In this document: in pieces, positions 15,951 through 21,670 of the stretch
Layout: each line of letters starts with the position of its first letter
Numbering within the stretch: the stretch's first letter is position 1
NCBI GenBank assembly: GCA_044868695.1
Contig: JBIOWP010000016.1
Location: 1 to 21,670 of the forward strand
Origin: a bacterium
GTDB taxonomy: Bacteria; Sysuimicrobiota; Sysuimicrobiia; Sysuimicrobiales; Kaftiobacteriaceae
Length of the DNA: 21,670 nucleotides
Direction: 5' to 3'
Program-made: the position numbers and the translations under genes
Notes under the pieces: generated by a model
What the model saw: only the letters and a program-made list of their open reading frames with translations
What the model was told of the DNA's origin: nothing
Database searches by the model: none

Positions 15951-16795
15951 GCTCCCGGTGGACCGGCACGTGGACCCGGCGCGCGGCCTGGTACGCGGCG
16001 CTCCTCGTCCTGGGGGTGCCGTTTCTCTTCCCGTTCCTGTGGATGGTGTCGGCGGCGTTCAAGGGGCCGAGCGAGATCTTCGCCTTTCCGCCCCAGCTAA
16101 TCCCGGACCGGTGGCACTGGCAGAACTTCGTCGAGGTCTTTCGCTACCAGCCGTTTGCCCGCCAGTACGCCAACAGCCTGTACATCGCGGTGCTGGTGAC
16201 GGTCGGAACGCTGTGTGTGGCGGCGCCGGCGGGGTACGCGTTCGCGCGGCTGCGGTTTCCCGGCCGCACCGGCCTTTTCCTGGTGCTGCTCAGCGCCCTC
16301 ATGATGCCGACCGAAGTAACCATCATCCCCAACTTCTTCTTCATGAAGACGCTCGGGCTGGTCAACACGCACGCGCCGATCATTGCACTGCCAATTGCGG
16401 GCGCGAACGGGGTGGTGGCGATGTTTCTGCTGCGGCAGTTCTTTCTCGGGCTCCCGAGGGAATTGGAAGACGCCGCGATGATCGACGGCCTCGGCCGCCT
16501 CGGCGTCTTCTGGCGGGTGGCCGTGCCCCTCGTGAAGCCCGCCATGAGCGCCGTCGCGATCCTCACGTTCCTGTACAGTTGGAACCTGTTCCTAGAGCCG
16601 CTGGTGTTCATCAACGATCTCGGGTTGTTCACCCTCCCCCTGGCGCTGAACAACTTCACCGACACCTACGGCCTTCCGGTCTGGCACCTGCAGCTGGCGG
16701 CGACGACACTGTCCGTGCTGCCGGTCCTGGCCGTCTACGTGATCGAGCAGCAGCGGATCGTCGATAGTTTCGTTCTATCCGGCATGAAGGGGTGA
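15947..16795 (+). CDS. Carbohydrate ABC transporter permease
   Basis: ATGA overlap with the upstream stop; AGYAFARLRFPGR, LPRELEDAAMIDG, WNLFLEPL and SGMKG terminus. Confidence 0.92.
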   Translation: MSSRWTGTWTRRAAWYAALLVLGVPFLFPFLWMVSAAFKGPSEIFAFPPQLIPDRWHWQNFVEVFRYQPFARQYANSLYIAVLVTVGTLCVAAPAGYAFARLRFPGRTGLFLVLLSALMMPTEVTIIPNFFFMKTLGLVNTHAPIIALPIAGANGVVAMFLLRQFFLGLPRELEDAAMIDGLGRLGVFWRVAVPLVKPAMSAVAILTFLYSWNLFLEPLVFINDLGLFTLPLALNNFTDTYGLPVWHLQLAATTLSVLPVLAVYVIEQQRIVDSFVLSGMKG

Positions 16796-16799
16796 CCCT

Positions 16800-18407
16800 A
16801 TGGAAGCCCGTGCTGAGATTCTCGTCGTGGGTGGAGGATTGGGCGGTGTCGCAGCGGCTCTCGCCGGCTCGCGCATGCGCCGCAAGACGATCCTGGCGTC
16901 GCCGCACGCATGGCTCGGGGGCCAGCTCACGACGCAGGGCGTTCCTCCCGACGAGCACCCCTGGATCGAGATGTTTGGAGCGACGGAATCCTACCGGCAA
17001 CTGCGTGAGGCCGTGCGAACGCATTACCGCCGGCACTATCCGCTCACGCCCGCCGTACGGCGAGATCCGTACCTGAATCCCGGCAACGCGTGGGTCAGCC
17101 GCTTGGCCCACGAACCGCGGGTGGCCGCTGAGGTCATTGACGATCTCCTCGCCCCCCACGAGTCTGACGGGATCCTCACCGTCCGGCGCGGCTACCGGCC
17201 CGCAGCCGTCGAGACTGTTGGAGACATGGTGCGCGGTGTGACCCTGACCGGACCGGACGGAAATCCCCTGACCGTCACGGCCGATTTCGTGCTCGACGCG
17301 ACCGAACTGGGCGACCTGCTCGCGCTGAGCGGCACAGAGCACGTAACCGGAGCGGAGTCGCAGGCGCAGACCGGCGAGCCTCACGCAGCGCCCGAGCCCG
17401 GCCCACTCAACCAGCAGGGGTTCACCTGGGTGTTTGCGGTTGAGCACCGGCCCGGCGAGGATCACAGGATCGGCAAACCTGCGATGTATGACTTCTGGCG
17501 TTCGTACCGGGCGAGGTTCTGGCCCGGCCCGCACCTGGGATGGGACTACCCCCATCCGATGACGCTGCGGACCGTCCGGGCGCTGCTGGACTTCGACGAT
17601 CCCAGCCAGGCGTATTCGGGGCGGATCGGCCGGGTGCCGGTTCCCCCTGAGGATCGTGTCAATTTCTGGACCTACCGGCGGATCCTGCATGCCCGGGGCC
17701 TCGAGGGGCGGTTTCGAGACGTCGTCATCGTGAACTGGCCGCAGAACGACTACTGGCTGCAGCCGCTGGTCGGCAGCGGGGAGGAGACACGCGCGAAGGC
17801 GCTCGATGAAGCGAAGCAGTTGAGCCTGTCGTTGCTCTACTGGCTGCAGACAGAGGCGCCGCACGCCGGCGGCGGGACCGGATACCCCGGGCTCCGGCTG
17901 CACCGCGAGACCTTTGGAACGCGCGACGGCATGGCGCACGAGCCCTACATTCGCGAGTCGCGCCGGATCACAGCCCAGTTCACGGTGCTCGAGCAGCACG
18001 TCTCGGCCGCCGCCCGCAAGGAGGCCGGTCCCGCGAAATTCGCGGACAGCGTGGGCGTCGGCGCGTACCGGATCGATCTCCACCCCAGCACCGGCGGCGA
18101 CGGGTACATCGACCTGGACTCCTGGCCGTTTCAGATTCCGCTGGGGGCGCTTGTTCCGATCCGCATGGAGAATCTGCTGCCGGCGGCCAAGAACATCGGC
18201 ACGACCCACATCACCAATGGCTGCTTCCGCCTGCATCCTGTCGAGTGGAACATCGGTGAAGCTACGGGACTGCTCGCCGCATTTTGCCTGGACCGTAGGG
18301 TTGGGCCTCACGCGGTGCGGGCGTCGGCGGACCTGCTGGCGGACTTTCAGCGGCTCCTCACCGCCGAGGGCATCGAGCTGGACTGGCCGGCGATTCGTCC
18401 CCTGTGA
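16800..18407 (+). CDS. FAD-dependent oxidoreductase
   Basis: ILVVGGGLGGVAAAL Rossmann motif, LGGQLT, LDATELGDL, PYIRESRRI, FQIPLGALVP and RLHPVEWNIGEA. Confidence 0.9.
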   Translation: MEARAEILVVGGGLGGVAAALAGSRMRRKTILASPHAWLGGQLTTQGVPPDEHPWIEMFGATESYRQLREAVRTHYRRHYPLTPAVRRDPYLNPGNAWVSRLAHEPRVAAEVIDDLLAPHESDGILTVRRGYRPAAVETVGDMVRGVTLTGPDGNPLTVTADFVLDATELGDLLALSGTEHVTGAESQAQTGEPHAAPEPGPLNQQGFTWVFAVEHRPGEDHRIGKPAMYDFWRSYRARFWPGPHLGWDYPHPMTLRTVRALLDFDDPSQAYSGRIGRVPVPPEDRVNFWTYRRILHARGLEGRFRDVVIVNWPQNDYWLQPLVGSGEETRAKALDEAKQLSLSLLYWLQTEAPHAGGGTGYPGLRLHRETFGTRDGMAHEPYIRESRRITAQFTVLEQHVSAAARKEAGPAKFADSVGVGAYRIDLHPSTGGDGYIDLDSWPFQIPLGALVPIRMENLLPAAKNIGTTHITNGCFRLHPVEWNIGEATGLLAAFCLDRRVGPHAVRASADLLADFQRLLTAEGIELDWPAIRPL

Positions 18408-18496
18408 CGGCAGGCCCGCTCCGACAACAGGAGGGGACGCGCCGCTCACGAACTAGCACGACATCCCCAGCTGAGCCGTTAATGGGAGGGAGACGC

Positions 18497-20170
18497 ATGT
18501 CGGGTCGAACCACCGCTGCGTTGCTGACCATATCCGCTGTGTTCGCCGCGATGTGGGCCGGGGTCCCGGCGACCTCTGCCGCCGGCGCCTGGAGCGGTAG
18601 CGTCCGTTTCACCAATCAAGTGGCCAGTTCGCCGTTTACCGGCGGGGGCTATCCGGTTCCGCCCGGCGCCAGCGCGCCGCTGCCCGGGACCTGCCGCCCC
18701 GGGCTGTACAACTCGAACCGGTCGGAGTCCTGGATCGCGGTGCAGCCGGGTACTGAGAACCTGGTTGGAACCTCCAAGGTGTTCTTCGAGACGTTCAGCA
18801 CGCTGTACGACTTCCACCTCGGTTCGTACACGATCCTGAACGGCAAGCCCGTGGCCAACAACCTGGTCCAGGGGTATGAGTGTATCTCTACCGGCACTCA
18901 GGCCATGCCGCCGAGCTGGATGAACAACACTGATCCCAACGCGGACTTCGACACGCAGGGCCGGGTGTATCAGGTGACGCTCCCGTTCAATCCGTGGTGG
19001 GTGAACCACATCCATCCGGACGGGGCCCTTGGGGTCTCCTATAGCGACGACCTGGGCCGGACGTGGGTGACCGGCAACGGCGGGACTTACCTGGACCGCG
19101 TCCCGAACCAGTCGTCCAAGACGATCGGGGGCGTCGAGGACAAGCAGTGGATCGCCGTCAACCACTTCCCCGCCAGCGAGTTCCGGGACCACGTGTACGC
19201 GATGTGGGCGGTGTTTAACGGATTTGCCGTCGAGATCCGCTACAGCATCTCCCGAGACCGCGGGCTGACGTTTTCGCCGGTCCGGAAGCTCACGGTGCCG
19301 GCACAACAGAGCGGGCCCGCCAACACGTACGTGTACCCCTCGGTCGACGCGGCGGGGCACGTCTACGTCGCCTTCGCGTCGTTTCCTCCGTGCTGCGTGA
19401 CGCCGGCGGCGATTTACATCACCCGCTCGACAGACGACGGGGAGACGTGGAGTCCATTTGTCCAAGCGGCCTCCGGCATCGGCGTCGTCTCGACCGGGAT
19501 GCTGCCCAACACCACCTTCCGCGACGGGATCGTGGAGCATTTCGCGGCGAGTCCGACCTACCCCGGACACCTCTACCTGGTGTACGAGGACTGGGACGGC
19601 ACGCAGATGGACGTCAAGTTCATACAGTCAACCGACGGCGGCCTCAGCTGGTCGCAGCCGATAATCGTGAACGACAACGTGGATCAGCCCGGCGCGCCCA
19701 GCGACCAGTTCCAGCCGTCGGTTGCCGCGGGCCCGAACGGTGCGGTAGCCGTCGCATTTTACGACCGCCGCCTTGCCTGCCCGTCGGACTCGAGCATCCT
19801 GCCGGACCATGCGGGCCGGACGAACTTCTGCATCGACGTGTCCCTCCAGGCCTTCAAAGACAGCGGTGGCGGTGCCGCGCCGGTCGGCGGCAATGTCCGG
19901 ATCACGCAGTTTACGTGGGATCCGGAGCAGCCTGGGCAGACGGTGGACGGGCTGGATCAGATGGCGTGTGCGGCGCACGAGAACCCGTGCACGAGGAACG
20001 CGTTCATCGGGGATTACTTTGGACTGGCGGTGTCAGCGAAGAGCATCTATGCGCTGTTTGTGTCGACGCACTACCCGTCAGACGTGACGGGCGACGACGG
20101 AGGGCCGGTATTCTACCAGCAGCAGGTGCTGGGGACGGTGTCGAGAGGTGCGTTCGGAAGAGGGTACTAG
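18497..20170 (+). CDS. Secreted BNR/Asp-box repeat (sialidase-fold beta-propeller) protein
   Basis: GGGAGG RBS before ATG 18497; signal peptide. Asp-boxes SDDLGRTW, SRDRGLTF, STDDGETW and STDGGLSW; also DKQWI, DQFQP and FIGDY. Confidence 0.82.
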   Translation: MSGRTTAALLTISAVFAAMWAGVPATSAAGAWSGSVRFTNQVASSPFTGGGYPVPPGASAPLPGTCRPGLYNSNRSESWIAVQPGTENLVGTSKVFFETFSTLYDFHLGSYTILNGKPVANNLVQGYECISTGTQAMPPSWMNNTDPNADFDTQGRVYQVTLPFNPWWVNHIHPDGALGVSYSDDLGRTWVTGNGGTYLDRVPNQSSKTIGGVEDKQWIAVNHFPASEFRDHVYAMWAVFNGFAVEIRYSISRDRGLTFSPVRKLTVPAQQSGPANTYVYPSVDAAGHVYVAFASFPPCCVTPAAIYITRSTDDGETWSPFVQAASGIGVVSTGMLPNTTFRDGIVEHFAASPTYPGHLYLVYEDWDGTQMDVKFIQSTDGGLSWSQPIIVNDNVDQPGAPSDQFQPSVAAGPNGAVAVAFYDRRLACPSDSSILPDHAGRTNFCIDVSLQAFKDSGGGAAPVGGNVRITQFTWDPEQPGQTVDGLDQMACAAHENPCTRNAFIGDYFGLAVSAKSIYALFVSTHYPSDVTGDDGGPVFYQQQVLGTVSRGAFGRGY

Positions 20171-20184
20171 CATCGCACCGCGGC

Positions 20185-21670
20185 TCACGTGTTGGTCTGA
20201 TCGGCCTCGAGGTCGGCGGCACGCACGATGGACTTGCCGCTTTCCGCGGATTCCACCGCGTTCTTCGCCGCGAAGCTGAGCTCGGCCGCGGCGACGGCGT
20301 CATCGGGAAACGCGGCGATCCCCACGCGGAAGCCTGACGGCGACTGCCCGTTAAGCAGCTGGCTGAGGCTCTCGTCCTCGCGGAGCCGGTGCAGGAGGCG
20401 TTTGGTGAACTTCTCCGCTCCGCCCAGGTCCGTCATCGACAGCAGGATGAACAATTCGCCGTGCTCGGCCTGGGCCACCACGTCGATCCGGCGGACGGCG
20501 CCGAGGGCGACTTCGGCCAGCCTCATCCGCACCGGCGCGGCGGGCGGATGCTCGGGCGCGCGGAGGTGAATGAGCGTCAGGGGGACGCCCAGCTGGGTCG
20601 CCCGGTTGACTTCGTCTCGAAGAAAGCGCTCGAATTGCTCCTCGGCATACAGGCGGGCCTGCGGCTTTGCCGTGGCGAGGCGCTGCATGTCTTCGGCCAG
20701 GAAGGCGCGGTCGAGCGCGATCGCGGCCTGGCTGGCCACGTGTCCCAGAACGGCCGCTGAGTGCCGCGCGGCCTGCCACCCATCGTCGCCGCCTACGCAC
20801 AGGGCCCCGAGCAGGCGGCCCTCGACCAGCAGGGGGGCACAGACCGCTCGGATCCAGGGTCCCTTCCCGTCGGCGGCCACCGTGACCGGATCCGCGCTGT
20901 CTTTGGCGAGCTTGCGCCCGCAGGCCTCCATGATGGGTCTCGCTTCGCTTTCGGAGAGCCCCGCGGCGTACGCGGGAGCGAGCTCCCCGTCCGCATTGGA
21001 CGAGAGAAACACCGCGCTGTAGGGGGCCTGCAGCAGGCGGCGTGCAGCGTCGCCCACTGCGACGAGCGCCGGAACGATCTCCGTCGTGTCTGCAAGCTGC
21101 CGGGACAGGTCGTAGGCAAATTCAAGCTCGCCCACCCGGCGCAGCACCTGGTCGTTGGTCTCATTGAGCCGCTCATTCAACGCGCGGTTGCGGACAGCCC
21201 GTTCATGCAGCAGCCGGGTCTCGCGGGCCAGCAGGCTGAAGAAGATGGCCAGCACAACGCTGGTGCCGGCGAACAGCCCGACCCGCATTGTCGTTGAGCC
21301 CAGGGAGGGGAGCCCGCCTTCTTCAAGGCTCCACATCCAGACGACAATTCCCGACACCGCAATCGCGGAGAGCACCGCCTCGCGCAAATCAAACCGGATG
21401 GCAGCGGCGAGGATCGGCAGGTAGAGCAGGAACAGCAGGTTGCTGCCGATGCCGCCCGTGAACCAAACGAGCGTCGTGATGGCGATGATGTCGATGGTCA
21501 GGAACAGATCATGGCGCAGCACCATGCGCAGTCGCGGGAAGATGAACAGCGCGGCCAGGATATAGGCGGCGATCAGAGCCGTCAGCCAGATCAGCACAAT
21601 CTTCGTTTGGGGCGAGACGACGTCCCACCAGAGGAGAGGCAGCAGCGCGAACAGGATCAGCAGACGGATG
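20185..21670 (-). CDS. Membrane sensor with N-terminal TM region, GAF domain and degenerate GGDEF domain (5'-partial; starts beyond the window)
   Basis: Frame stays open past GTG 21597 to the edge (IRLLILFALLPLLWWDVVSPQTKIV). GAF: CAPLLVEGRLLGALCVG..ASQAAIALDRA. GGDEF-like: LRDEVNRA, RRIDVVAQAEHGEL and RVGIAAFPDD. Confidence 0.82.
   Translation of the reverse strand, partial: IRLLILFALLPLLWWDVVSPQTKIVLIWLTALIAAYILAALFIFPRLRMVLRHDLFLTIDIIAITTLVWFTGGIGSNLLFLLYLPILAAAIRFDLREAVLSAIAVSGIVVWMWSLEEGGLPSLGSTTMRVGLFAGTSVVLAIFFSLLARETRLLHERAVRNRALNERLNETNDQVLRRVGELEFAYDLSRQLADTTEIVPALVAVGDAARRLLQAPYSAVFLSSNADGELAPAYAAGLSESEARPIMEACGRKLAKDSADPVTVAADGKGPWIRAVCAPLLVEGRLLGALCVGGDDGWQAARHSAAVLGHVASQAAIALDRAFLAEDMQRLATAKPQARLYAEEQFERFLRDEVNRATQLGVPLTLIHLRAPEHPPAAPVRMRLAEVALGAVRRIDVVAQAEHGELFILLSMTDLGGAEKFTKRLLHRLREDESLSQLLNGQSPSGFRVGIAAFPDDAVAAAELSFAAKNAVESAESGKSIVRAADLEADQTNT

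Noticed and set aside
1..21670. tRNA (including selC), rRNA, CRISPR array, IS/transposase
   Set aside because: Intergenic gaps are short, and I found no cloverleaf, repeat-spacer array or mobile-element ORF.

Overview
GC-rich bacterial window in two parts. Bases 1-12.2 kb form a dense thiol-redox and heavy-metal island. It contains ccdA, a TlpA-like thioredoxin, an NrdH-like glutaredoxin, a CoA-binding protein, a MerR regulator, a P1B-type ATPase, a Met-rich exported protein, a TetR/ArsP-permease pair and a merB-merR-merA operon. Divergent from the mer operon are a small CC-motif membrane protein, a CmtR-like ArsR and an AhpC/TSA-DsbD(N) fusion. Bases 12.3-21.7 kb hold a MATE transporter, a sugar ABC transporter (binding protein and 2 permeases), an FAD oxidoreductase, an Asp-box (sialidase-fold) secreted protein and a 5'-truncated GAF/degenerate-GGDEF membrane protein. 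The main hidden signal is that the ORF track breaks two genes at in-frame TGA codons. Each TGA sits where the first Cys of a CxxC active site belongs: U-V-F-C in the glutaredoxin (TGA 1719-1721) and U-P-Y-C in the AhpC/TSA fusion (TGA 11337-11339). Each is followed 13-14 nt later by a perfect 8-bp hairpin with GT in the loop (SECIS-like). These are very probably selenoproteins embedded in a mercury/copper-resistance island. Family calls come from motif recognition by eye; no database searches were run.
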